64,000 nucleotides of DNA from the NCBI GenBank assembly GCA_964057225.1, contig OZ059898.1:10478001-10542000 (forward strand), in the 5' to 3' direction. The first letter of the stretch is position 1. Each line of letters opens with the position of its first letter. This DNA comes from Auanema rhodensis. Taxonomy: Eukaryota; Animalia; Nematoda. Shown here piece after piece: positions 28,081 to 39,774 of this stretch. The notes beneath the pieces were generated by a model. The model was not told the DNA's origin, ran no database searches, and was given only the letters and a program-made list of their open reading frames with translations. The translations under genes and the position numbers were made by a program.

Positions 28081-28724
28081 AGTTTCCGTGATTAAGATTA
28101 AACAAAGAAAAAAAATCAAAGAGTAACACTTCTTGTTTACTAATTTGATTATAATGCTTGAAATTCCAAAAACAGTAGAATAAAATAGAGAAAGCGACGA
28201 AAAAAATTGAACGATTTGAAGAGAATTGTAAGTTTTAAAAAAGAATTAAAGTTCAGCTATCTCTACCATTGACTGATTATCGGCTAAAATAAGGTAACAG
28301 TTTTTATTGAAAGTTTCCGTGATTAAGATTAAACAAAGTAGAAAAAATCAAAGAGAAACACTTCTTGTTTACTTATTTGATTATAACACTTGAAATTCCA
28401 ACAAAAGTAAAGTAAAACTGTTAAAGCGAGTAAAACTGTTGAACGATTTGAAGACAATTGTAAGTTGAAGAAAAAAATTAAAGTTCAGCTCTCTCTACTA
28501 TTAACTGATTGACTTCTAAAATATGGTAACAGTTTTTATTAAAAGTTTCCATGATTAAAATTAAACAAAGAAAAAAATCAAAGAGAAACACTTCTTGTTT
28601 ACTAATTTGATTATAACACTTGAAAATCCAACAAAAGTAAAATAAAACTGTGAAAGCGGGTAAAACTGTTGAACTAAAACAGTCTTTATAAAATATAAAT
28701 GATATTTTTTTATAAAAGTGAAGT

Positions 28725-28785
28725 TGCATCGGCCGGGAATCGAACCGCGTGGCAGGCGAGCATTCTACCACTGAACCACCGATGC
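28725..28785 (-). pseudogene. tRNA-Gly (GCC) pseudogene, 10-nt deletion of the variable loop and 5' T-stem
   Basis: Plus strand GAATCGAACCGCGTGG instead of GAATCGAACCCGGGTCGCCCGCGTGG. Confidence 0.9.
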
Positions 28786-28960
28786 TTCGAAAATGTTAGA
28801 TTGTTTCCGAAAAACTATGAAAAGTCAAGTTCTACTGATTTGAAGAGAATTGTAAGTTTTAGAAAATAATTAAAAATTAGTTCTCTCTACTATTAACTGA
28901 TTGTCGGCTAAAATATGGTAACAGTTCTTATAAAAAGTTTCCATGATAAGGATTAAACAA

Positions 28961-29000
28961 TGTTTTGCCTTTTGTTGGAATTTCAAGTGTTATAATCAAA
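28961..29000 (-). other. Inverted 32-bp satellite fragment plus short filler (template-switch scar); also at 29843-29882 and 42651-42690
   Basis: CTTTTGTTGGAATTTCAAGTGTTATAATCAAA is the exact reverse complement of monomer segment TTTGATTATAACACTTGAAATTCCAACAAAAG. Confidence 0.9.
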
Positions 29001-29606
29001 AAGAAACACTTCTTGTTTACTTACTTGATTATAATACTTGAAATTTAAAAAAAAAAGTAAAAAACAATTGAGAAAGCAACATAAACAGTTGAACGATTTG
29101 AAGAGAATTGTAAGTTTTAGAAAAGAATTAAAGTTCAGCTCTCTCTACTTTTAACTGATTAACGGCTAAAATAAGGTAACAGTTTTTATTGAAAGTTTCC
29201 GTGATTAAGATTAAACAAAGTAGAAAAAATCAAAGAGAAACACTTCTTGTTTACTTATTTGATTATAACACTTGAAATTCCAACAAAAGTAAAGTAAAAC
29301 TGTTAAAGCGAGTAAAACTGTTGAACGATTTGAAGACAATTGTAAGTTGAAGAAAAAAATTAAAGTTCAGCTCTCTCTACTATTAACTGATTGACTTCTA
29401 AAATATGGTAACAGTTTTTATTAAAAGTTTCCATGATTAAAATTAAACAAAGAAAAAAATCAAAGAGAAACACTTCTTGTTTACTAATTTGATTATAACA
29501 CTTGAAAATCCAACAAAAGTAAAATAAAACTGTGAAAGCGGGTAAAACTGTTGAACTAAAACAGTCTTTATAAAATATAAATGATATTTTTTTATAAAAG
29601 TGAAGT

Positions 29607-29667
29607 TGCATCGGCCGGGAATCGAACCGCGTGGCAGGCGAGCATTCTACCACTGAACCACCGATGC
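29607..29667 (-). pseudogene. tRNA-Gly (GCC) pseudogene, same 10-nt deletion
   Basis: GAATCGAACCGCGTGG. Confidence 0.9.
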
Positions 29668-30246
29668 TTCGAAAATGTTAGATTGTTTCCGAAAAACTAT
29701 GAAAAGTCAAGTTCTACTGATTTGAAGAGAATTGTAAGTTTTAGAAAATAATTAAAAATTAGTTCTCTCTACTATTAACTGATTGTGGGCTAAAATATGG
29801 TAACAGTTCTTATAAAAAGTTTCCATGATTAGGATTAAACAATGTTTTGCCTTTTGTTGGAATTTCAAGTGTTATAATCAAAAAGAAACACTTCTTGTTT
29901 ACTTACTTGATTATAATACTTGAAATTTAAAAAAAAAAGTAAAAAACAATTGAGAAAGCAACATAAACAGTTGAACGATTTGAAGAGAATTGTAAGTTTT
30001 AGAAAAGAATTAAAGTTCAGCTCTCTCTACTTTTAACTGATTAACGGCTAAAATAAGGTAACAGTTTTTATTGAAAGTTTCCGTGATTAAGATTAAACAA
30101 AGAAAAAAAATCAAAGAGAAACACTTCTTGTTTACTAATTTGATTATAACACTTGAAATTCCAACAAAAGTAAAGTAAAACTGTTAAAACGAGTAAAACT
30201 GTTGAACTAAAACAGTCTTTATAAAATATAAATGATATTTTTTTAT

Positions 30247-30251
30247 AAAAA
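30247..30251 (-). terminator. Pol III terminator, T5 allele (ACTTCA-TTTTT; representative of most copies right of 30 kb)
   Basis: Plus strand AAAAATGAAGTTGCA instead of AAAAGTGAAGTTGCA. Confidence 0.7.
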
Positions 30252-30257
30252 TGAAGT

Positions 30258-30328
30258 TGCATCGGCCGGGAATCGAACCCGGGTCGCCCGCGTGGCAGGC
30301 GAGCATTCTACCACTGAACCACCGATGC
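30258..30328 (-). tRNA. tRNA-Gly-GCC: tRNA-Gly (GCC), consensus
   Basis: Identical to consensus. Confidence 0.95.
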
Positions 30329-31122
30329 TTCGAAAATGTTAGATTGTTTCCGAAAAATTATGAAAAGTCAAGTTCTACTGATTTGAAGAGAATTGTAAGT
30401 TTTAGAAAAGAATTAAAGTTCAGCTATCTCTACTATTAACTGATTATCGGCTAAAATAAGGTAACAGTTTTTATTGAAAGTTTCCATGATTTAGATTAAA
30501 CAAAGAAAAAAAATCAAAGAGAAACACTTCTTGTTTACTTATTTGATTATAATACTTGAAATTCCAAAAACAGTAGAATAAAATAGAGAAAGCGACGAAA
30601 AAAGTTGAGCGATTTGAAGACAATTGTAAGTTTAAGAAAAAAAATAAAGTTTAGCTCTCTCTACTATTAACTGATTGTCGGCTAAAATATGGTAACAGTT
30701 TTTATTAAAAGTTTCCATGATTAAGATTAAACAAAGAAAAAAAATCAAAAAGAAACACTTCTTGTTTCCTAATTTGATTATAATACTTGAAATTCCAACA
30801 AAAGTAAAGTAAAACTGTTGAAGCGAGTAAAACTGTTGAACGATTTGAAGACAATTGTAAGTTTTAGAGAACAATTAAAGTTTAGCTCTCTCTACTATTA
30901 ACTGATTGTCGGCTAAAATATGGTAACAGTTTTTATTAAAAGTTTCCATGATTAAGATTAAACAAAGAAAAAAAATCAAAGAGAAACACTTCTTGTTCAC
31001 TAATTTGTTTATAACACTTGAAAATCCAACAAAAGTAAAATAAAACTGTGAAAGCGGGTAAAACTGTTGAACTAAAACAGTCTTTATAAAATATAAATGA
31101 TATTTTTTTTTAAAAATGAAGT

Positions 31123-31193
31123 TGCATCGGCCGGGAATCGAACCCGGGTCGCCCGCGTGGCAGGCGAGCATTCTACCACTGAACCACCGATGC
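31123..31193 (-). tRNA. tRNA-Gly-GCC: tRNA-Gly (GCC), consensus
   Basis: Identical to consensus. Confidence 0.95.
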
Positions 31194-31987
31194 TTCGAAA
31201 ATGTTAGATTGTTTCCGAAAAATTATGAAAAGGCAAGTTCTACTGATTTGAAGAGAATTGTAAGTTTTAGAAAATAATTAAAAATTAGTTCTCTCTACTA
31301 TTAACTGATTGTCGGCTAAAATATGGTAAGATTTTTTATAAAAAGTTTCCATGATTAGGATTAAACAAAAAAAAAGAATCAAAAAGAAACACTTCTTGTT
31401 TTCTTATTTGATTATAATACTTCAAATTCGAAAAAAAGTAAAAAACAATTGAGAAAGCGACATAAACAGTTGAACGATTTGAAGAGAATTGTAAGTTTTA
31501 GAAAAGAATTAAAGTTCAGCTATCTGTACTATTAACTGATTATCGGCTAAAATAAGGTAACAGTTTTTATTGAAAGTTTCCATAATTAAGATTAAACAAA
31601 GAAAAAAAATCAAAGAGAAACACTTCTTGTTTACTTATTTGATTATAATACTTGAAATTCCAACAAAAGTAAAGTAAAACTGTTGAAGCGAGTAAAACTG
31701 TTGAACGATTTGAAGACAATTGTAAGTTTTAGAGAACAATTAAAGTTTAGCTCTCTCTACTATTAACTGATTGTCGGCTAAAATATGGTAACAGTTTTTA
31801 TTAAAAGTTTCCATGATTAAGATTAAACAAAGAAAAAAAATCAAAGAGAAACACTTCTTGTTCACTAATTTGTTTATAACACTTGAAAATCCAACAAAAG
31901 TAAAATAAAACTGTGAAAGCGGGTAAAACTGTTGAACTAAAACAGTCTTTATAAAATATAAATGATATTTTTTTTTAAAAATGAAGT

Positions 31988-32058
31988 TGCATCGGCCGGG
32001 AATCGAACCCGGGTCGCCCGCGTGGCAGGCGAGCATTCTACCACTGAACCACCGATGC
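31988..32058 (-). tRNA. tRNA-Gly-GCC: tRNA-Gly (GCC), consensus
   Basis: Identical to consensus. Confidence 0.95.
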
Positions 32059-32852
32059 TTCGAAAATGTTAGATTGTTTCCGAAAAATTATGAAAAGGCA
32101 AGTTCTACTGATTTGAAGAGAATTGTAAGTTTTAGAAAATAATTAAAAATTAGTTCTCTCTACTATTAACTGATTGTCGGCTAAAATATGGTAAGATTTT
32201 TTATAAAAAGTTTCCATGATTAGGATTAAACAAAAAAAAAGAATCAAAAAGAAACACTTCTTGTTTTCTTATTTGATTATAATACTTCAAATTCGAAAAA
32301 AAGTAAAAAACAATTGAGAAAGCGACATAAACAGTTGAACGATTTGAAGAGAATTGTAAGTTTTAGAAAAGAATTAAAGTTCAGCTATCTGTACTATTAA
32401 CTGATTATCGGCTAAAATAAGGTAACAGTTTTTATTGAAAGTTTCCATAATTAAGATTAAACAAAGAAAAAAAATCAAAGAGAAACACTTCTTGTTTACT
32501 TATTTGATTATAATACTTGAAATTCTTAAAATCAGTAGAATAAAATTGAGAAAGCGACAAAAACAGTTGAACGATTTGAAGAGAATTGTAAGTATTAGAA
32601 AAAAATTAAAGTTTAGCTCTCTCTACTATTTAATGATTGTCGGCTAAAATATGGTAATAGTTTTTATTAAAAGTTTCCATGATTAGGATTAAACAAAAAA
32701 AAGAATCAAAAAGAAACACTTCTTGTTTCCTAATTTGATTATAACACTTGAAATTCCAACAAAAGTAAAGTAAAACTGTTAAAGCGAGTAAAACTGTTGA
32801 ACTAAAACAGTCTTTATAAAATATAAATGATATTTTTTTTTAAAAATGAAGT

Positions 32853-32920
32853 TGCATCGGCCGGGAATCGAACCCGGGTCGCCAGCGTATGCGAGCATTC
32901 TACCACTGAACCACCGATGC
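32853..32920 (-). pseudogene. tRNA-Gly-derived pseudogene, anticodon loop CTGCCAC replaced by ATAC plus G41T (68 nt)
   Basis: Plus strand GTCGCCAGCGTATGCGAGC. Confidence 0.9.
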
Positions 32921-33483
32921 TTCGAAAATGTTAGATTGTTTCCGAAAAATTATGAAAAGTCAAGTTCTACTGATTTGAAGAGAATTGTAAGTTTTAGAAA
33001 AGAATTAAAGTTCAGCTATCTCTACTATTAACTGATTATCGGCTAAAATAAGGTAGCAGTTTTTATTGAAAGTTTCCATGATTAAGATTAAACAAAGAAA
33101 AAAAATCAAAGAGAAACACTTCTTGTTTACTTATTTGATTATAATTCTTGAAATTCCAAAAACAGTAGAATAAATTAGAGAAAGCGACGAAAAAAGTTGA
33201 GCGATTTGAAGACAATTGTAAGTTTAAGAAAAAAAATAAAGTTTAGCTCTCTCTACTATTAACTGATTGTCGGCTAAAATATGGTAACAGTTTTTATTAA
33301 AAGTTTCCATGATTAAGATTAAACAAAGAAAAAAAATCAAAGAGAAACACTTCTTGTTTCCTAATTCGATTATAACACTTGAAATTTCAACAAAAGTAAA
33401 GTAAAACTGTTAAAGCGAGTAAAACTGTTGAACTAAAACAGTCTTTATAAAATATAAATGATATTTTTTTTTAAAAATGAAGT

Positions 33484-33554
33484 TGCATCGGCCGGGAATC
33501 GTACCCGGGTCGCCCGCGTGGCAGGCGAGCATTCTACCACTGAACCACCGATGC
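33484..33554 (-). tRNA. tRNA-Gly-GCC: tRNA-Gly (GCC) variant T55A (B-box)
   Basis: Plus strand GAATCGTACCC. Confidence 0.8.
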
Positions 33555-34117
33555 TTCGAAAATGTTAGATTGTTTCCGAAAAATTATGAAAAGTCAAGTT
33601 CTACTGATTTGAAGAGAATTGTAAGTTTTAGAAAAGAATTAAAGTTCAGCTATCTCTACTATTAACTTATTATCGGCTAAAATAAGGTAACAGTTTTTAT
33701 TGAAAGTTTCCATGATTAAGATTAAACAAAGAAAAAAAATCAAAGAGAAACACTTCTTGTTTACTTATTTGATTATAATACTTGAAATTCCAAAAACAGT
33801 AGAATAAAATTGAGAAAGAGACAAAAACAGTTGAACGATTTGAAGAGAATTGTAAGTATTAGAAAAAAAATAAAGTTTAGCTCTCTCTACTATTAACTGA
33901 TTGTCGGCTAAAATATGGTAACAGTTTTTATTAAAAGTTTCCATGATTAAGATTAAACAAAGAAAAAAAATCAAAGAGAAACACTTCTTGTTTCCTAATT
34001 TGATTATAACACTTGAAATTCCAACAAAAGTAAAGTAAAACTGTTAAAGCGAGTAAAACTGTTGAACTAAAACAGTCTTTATAAAATATAAATGATATTT
34101 TTTTTTAAAAATGAAGT

Positions 34118-34188
34118 TGCATCGGCCGGGAATCGAACCCGGGTCGCCCGCGTGGCAGGCGAGCATTCTACCACTGAACCACCGATGC
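34118..34188 (-). tRNA. tRNA-Gly-GCC: tRNA-Gly (GCC), consensus
   Basis: Identical to consensus. Confidence 0.95.
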
Positions 34189-34751
34189 TTCGAAAATGTT
34201 AGATTGTTTCCGAAAAATTATGAAAAGTCAAGTTCTACTGATTTGAAGAGAATTGTAAGTTTTAGAAAAGAATTAAAGTTCAGCTATCTCTACTATTAAC
34301 TGATTATCGGCTAAAATAAGGTAACAGTTTTTATTGAAAGTTTCCATAATTAAGATTAAACAAAGAAAAAAAATCAAAGAGAAACACTTCTTGTTTACTT
34401 ATTTGATTATAATACTTGAAATTCTTAAAATCAGTAGAATAAAATTGAGAAAGCGACAAAAACAGTTGAACGATTTGAAGAGAATTGTAAGTATTAGAAA
34501 AAAATTAAAGTTTAGCTCTCTCTACTATTTAATGATTGTCGGCTAAAATATGGTAATAGTTTTTATTAAAAGTTTCCATGATTAGGATTAAACAAAAAAA
34601 AGAATCAAAAAGAAACACTTCTTGTTTCCTAATTTGATTATAACACTTGAAATTCCAACAAAAGTAAAGTAAAACTGTTAAAGCGAGTAAAACTGTTGAA
34701 CTAAAACAGTCTTTATAAAATATAAATGATATTTTTTTTTAAAAATGAAGT

Positions 34752-34819
34752 TGCATCGGCCGGGAATCGAACCCGGGTCGCCAGCGTATGCGAGCATTCT
34801 ACCACTGAACCACCGATGC
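34752..34819 (-). pseudogene. tRNA-Gly-derived pseudogene, anticodon loop replaced (68 nt)
   Basis: GTCGCCAGCGTATGCGAGC. Confidence 0.9.
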
Positions 34820-35382
34820 TTCGAAAATGTTAGATTGTTTCCGAAAGATTATGAAAAGTCAAGTTCTACTGATTTGAAGAGAATTGTAAGTTTTAGAAAA
34901 GAATTAAAGTTCAGCTATCTCTACTATTAACTGATTATCGGCTAAAATAAGGTAGCAGTTTTTATTGAAAGTTTCCATGATTAAGATTAAACAAAGAAAA
35001 AAAATCAAAGAGAAACACTTCTTGTTTACTTATTTGATTATAATTCTTGAAATTCCAAAAACAGTAGAATAAATTAGAGAAAGCGACGAAAAAAGTTGAG
35101 CGATTTGAAGACAATTGTAAGTTTAAGAAAAAAAATAAAGTTTAGCTCTCTCTACTATTAACTGATTGTCGGCTAAAATATGGTAACAGTTTTTATTAAA
35201 AGTTTCCATGATTAAGATTAAACAAAGAAAAAAAATCAAAGAGAAACACTTCTTGTTTCCTAATTCGATTATAACACTTGAAATTTCAACAAAAGTAAAG
35301 TAAAACTGTTAAAGCGAGTAAAACTGTTGAACTAAAACAGTCTTTATAAAATATAAATGATATTTTTTTTTAAAAATGAAGT

Positions 35383-35453
35383 TGCATCGGCCGGGAATCG
35401 TACCCGGGTCGCCCGCGTGGCAGGCGAGCATTCTACCACTGAACCACCGATGC
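35383..35453 (-). tRNA. tRNA-Gly-GCC: tRNA-Gly (GCC) variant T55A
   Basis: GAATCGTACCC. Confidence 0.8.
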
Positions 35454-36016
35454 TTCGAAAATGTTAGATTGTTTCCGAAAAATTATGAAAAGTCAAGTTC
35501 TACTGATTTGAAGAGAATTGTAAGTTTTAGAAAAGAATTAAAGTTCAGCTATCTCTACTATTAACTTATTATCGGCTAAAATAAGGTAACAGTTTTTATT
35601 GAAAGTTTCCATGATTAAGATTAAACAAAGAAAAAAAATCAAAGAGAAACACTTCTTGTTTACTTATTTGATTATAATACTTGAAATTCCAAAAACAGTA
35701 GAATAAAATTGAGAAAGAGACAAAAACAGTTGAACGATTTGAAGAGAATTGTAAGTATTAGAAAAAAAATAAAGTTTAGCTCTCTCTACTATTAACTGAT
35801 TGTCGGCTAAAATATGGTAACAGTTTTTATTAAAAGTTTCCATGATTAAGATTAAACAAAGAAAAAAAATCAAAGAGAAACACTTCTTGTTTCCTAATTT
35901 GATTATAACACTTGAAATTCCAACAAAAGTAAAGTAAAACTGTTAAAGCGAGTAAAACTGTTGAACTAAAACAGTCTTTATAAAATATAAATGATATTTT
36001 TTTTTAAAAATGAAGT

Positions 36017-36087
36017 TGCATCGGCCGGGAATCGAACCCGGGTCGCCCGCGTGGCAGGCGAGCATTCTACCACTGAACCACCGATGC
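36017..36087 (-). tRNA. tRNA-Gly-GCC: tRNA-Gly (GCC), consensus
   Basis: Identical to consensus. Confidence 0.95.
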
Positions 36088-36650
36088 TTCGAAAATGTTA
36101 GATTGTTTCCGAAAAATTATGAAAAGTCAAGTTCTACTGATTTGAAGAGAATTGTAAGTTTTAGAAAAGAATTAAAGTTCAGCTATCTCTACTATTAACT
36201 GATTATCGGCTAAAATAAGGTAACAGTTTTTATTGAAAGTTTCCATGATTAAGATTAAACAAAGAAAAAAAATCAAAGAGAAACACTTCTTGTTTACTTA
36301 TTTGATTATAATACTTGAAATTCCAAAAACAGTAGAATAAAATTGAGAAAGCGACAAAAGCAGTTGAAAGATTTGAAGAGAATTGTAAGTATTAGAAAAA
36401 AATTAAAGTTTAGCTCTCTCTACTATTAAATGATTGTCGGCTAAAATATGGTAACAGTTTTTATTAAAAGTTTCCATGATTAAGATTAAACAAAGAAAAA
36501 AAATCAAAGAGAAACACTTCTTGTTTCCTAATTTGATTATAACACTTGAAATTCCAACAAAAGTAAAGTAAAACTGTTAAAGCGAGTAAAACTGTTGAAC
36601 TAAAACAGTCTTTATAAAATATAAATGATATTTTTTTATAAAAATGAAGT

Positions 36651-36721
36651 TGCATCGGCCGGGAACCGAACCCGGGTCGCCCGCGTGGCAGGCGAGCATT
36701 CTACCACTGAACCACCGATGC
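36651..36721 (-). tRNA. tRNA-Gly-GCC: tRNA-Gly (GCC) variant A58G (B-box)
   Basis: Plus strand GGGAACCGAACCC. Confidence 0.8.
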
Positions 36722-37976
36722 TTCGAAAATGTTAGATTGTTTCCGAAAAATTATGAAAAGTCAAGTTCTACTGATTTGAAGAGAATTGTAAGTTTTAGAA
36801 AAGAATTAAAGTTCAGCTATCTCTACTATTAACTGATTATCGGCTAAAATAAGGTAACAGTTTTTATTGAAAGTTTCCATGATTAAGATTAAACAAAGAA
36901 AAAAATCAAAGAAAAACACTTCTTGTTTACTTATTTGATTATAATACTTGAAATTCCAAAAACAGTAGAATAAAATTGAGAAAGCGACAAAAACAGTTGA
37001 ACGATTTGAAGAGAATTGTAAGTATTAGAAAAAAATTAAAGTTTAGCTCTCTCTACTATTTAATGATTGTCGGCTAAAATATGGTAACAGTTCTTATTAA
37101 AAGTTTCCATGATTAAGATTAAACAAAGAAAAAAAATCAAAGAGAAACACTTCTTGTTTTCTAATTTGATTATAACACTTGAAATTCCAACAAAAGTAAA
37201 GTAAAACAATTCAAGCGAGTAAAACTGTTGAACGATTTGAAGACAATTGTAAGTTTTAGAAAAGAATTAAAGTTCAGCTATCTCTACTATTAACTGATTA
37301 TCGGCTAAAATAAGGTAACAGTTTTTATTGAAAGTTTCCATGATTAAGATTAAACAAAGAAAAAAAATCAAAGAGAAACACTTCTTGTTTACTTATTTGA
37401 TTATAATACTTGAAATTCCAAAAATAGTAGAATAAAATTGAGAAAGCGACAAAAACAGTTGAACGATTTGAAGAGAATTGTAAGTATTAGAAAAAAATTA
37501 AAGTTTAGCTCTCTCTACTATTTAATGATTGCCGGCTAAAATATGATAACAGTTTTTATTAAAAGTTTCCATGATTGAGATTAAACAAAGAAAAAAAATC
37601 GAAGAGAAACACTTCTTGTTTTCTAATTTGATTATAACACTTGAAATTCCAACAAAAGTAAAGTAAAACTATTCAAGCGAGTAAAACTGTTGAACGTTTT
37701 GAAGACAATTGTAAGTTGGAGAAAAAAATTAAAGTTTAGCTATCTGTACTATTAACTGATTATCGGCTAAAATAAGGTAACAGTTTTTATTGAAAGTTTC
37801 CATGATTAAGATTAAACAAAGAAAAAAAATCAAAGAGAAACACTTCTTGTTTCCTAATTTGATTATAACACTTGAAATTCCAACAAAAGTAAAGTAAAAC
37901 TGTTAAAGCGAGTAAAACTGTTGAACTAAAACAGTCTTTATAAAATATAAATGATATTTTTTTATAAAAATGAAGT

Positions 37977-38047
37977 TGCATCGGCCGGGAATCGAACCCG
38001 GGTCGCCCGCGTGGCAGGCGAGCATTCTACCACTGAACCACCGATGC
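37977..38047 (-). tRNA. tRNA-Gly-GCC: tRNA-Gly (GCC), consensus
   Basis: Identical to consensus. Confidence 0.95.
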
Positions 38048-38608
38048 TTCGAAAATGTTAGATTGTTTCCGAAAAATTATGAAAAGTCAAGTTCTACTGA
38101 TTTGAAGAGAATTGTAAGTTTTAGAAAAGAATTAAAGTTCAGCTATCTCTACTATTAACTGATTATCGGCTAAAATAAGGTAACAGTTTTTATTGAAAGT
38201 TTCCATGATTAAGATTAAACAAAGAAAAAAAATCAAAGAGAAACACTTCTTGTTTACTTATTTGATTATAATACTTGAAATTCCAAAAACAGTAGAATAA
38301 AATAGAGAAAGCGACGAAAAAAGTTGAGCGATTTGAAGACAATTGTAAGTTTAAAAAAAAAAATAAAGTTTAGCTCTCTCTACTATTAACTGATTGTCGG
38401 CTAAAATATGGTAACAGTTTTTATTAAAAGTTTCCATGATTAAGATTAAACAAAAAAAAAATCAAAGAGAAACACTTCTTGTTTCCTAATTTGATTATAA
38501 CACTTGAAATTCCAACAAAAGTAAAGTAAAACTGTTAAAGCGAGTGAAACTGTTGAACTAAAACAGTCTTTATAAAATATAAATGATATTTTTTTATAAA
38601 AATGAAGT

Positions 38609-38679
38609 TGCATCGGCCGGGAATCGAACCCGGGTCGCCCGCGTGGCAGGCGAGCATTCTACCACTGAACCACCGATGC
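38609..38679 (-). tRNA. tRNA-Gly-GCC: tRNA-Gly (GCC), consensus
   Basis: Identical to consensus. Confidence 0.95.
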
Positions 38680-39703
38680 TTCGAAAATGTTAGATTGTTT
38701 CCGAAAAATTATGAAAAGTCAAGTTCTACTGATTTGAAGAGAATTGTAAGTTTTAGAAAAGAATTAAAGTTCAGCTATCTCTACTATTAACTGATTATCG
38801 GCTAAAATAAGGTAACAGTTTTTATTGAAAGTTTCCATGATTAAGATTAAACAAAGAAAATAAATCAAAGAGAAACACTTCTTGTTTACTTATTTGATTA
38901 TAATACTTGAAATTCCAAAAACACTAGAATAAAATTGAGAAAGCGACAAAAACAGTTGAACGATTTGAAGAGAATTGTAAGTATTAGAAAAAAATTAAAG
39001 TTTAGCTCTCTCTACTATTTAATGATTGTCGGCTAAAATATGGTAACAGTTTTTATTAAAAGTTTCCATGATTAAGATTAAACAAAGAAAAAAAATCAAA
39101 GAGAAACACTTCTTGTTTACTTATTTGATTATAATACTTGAAATTCCAAAAACAGTAGAATAAAATTGAGAAAGCGACAAAAACAGTTGAACGATTTGAA
39201 GAGAATTGTAAGTATTAGAAAAAAATTAAAGTTTAGCTCTCTCTACTATTTAATGATTGTCGGCTAAAATATGGTAACAGTTTTTATTAAAAGTTTCCAT
39301 GATTAAGATTAAACAAAGAAAATAAATCAAAGAGAAACACTTCTTGTTTACTTATTTGATTATAATACTTGAAATTCCAAAAACAGTAGAATAAAATTGA
39401 GAAAGCGACAAAAACAGTTGAACGATTTGAAGAGAATTGTAAGTATTAGAAAAAAATTAAAGTTTAGCTCTCTCTTCTATTAACTGATTGTCGGCTAAAA
39501 TATGGTAACAGTTTTTATTAAAAGTTTCCATGATTAAAATTAAACAAAGAAAAAAATCAAAGAGAAACACTTCTTGTTTACTAATTTGATTATAACACTT
39601 GAAAATCCAACAAAAGTAAAATAAAACTGTGAAAGCGGGTAAAACTGTTGAACTAAAACAGTCTTTATAAAATATAAATGATATTTTTTTATAAAAGTGA
39701 AGT

Positions 39704-39774
39704 TGCATCGGCCGGGAATCGAACCCGGGTCGCCCGCGTGGCAGGCGAGCATTCTACCACTGAACCACCGATGC
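39704..39774 (-). tRNA. tRNA-Gly-GCC: tRNA-Gly (GCC), consensus
   Basis: Identical to consensus. Confidence 0.95.

Larger units (their letters stand above)
28285..30100. repeat. Tandem duplication, period 882 bp (deleted tRNA + inverted scar)
   Basis: 28725/29607 and 28961/29843 offsets. Confidence 0.9.
30773..32525. repeat. Tandem duplication, period 865 bp (3 monomers + cassette)
   Basis: ORFs 30875/31740; shared private variants TTGTTCACTAATTTGTTT and GAAAAGGCAAG. Confidence 0.88.
32392..36246. repeat. Tandem duplication, period 1899 bp (6 monomers + anticodon-less, T55A and consensus tRNAs)
   Basis: 32853/34752, 33484/35383, 34118/36017. Confidence 0.9.

Noticed and set aside
32853-32920. 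Anticodon-switched or suppressor tRNA
   Set aside because: The loop is only 4 nt (ATAC) on a mismatched stem; no canonical 7-nt anticodon loop can be drawn
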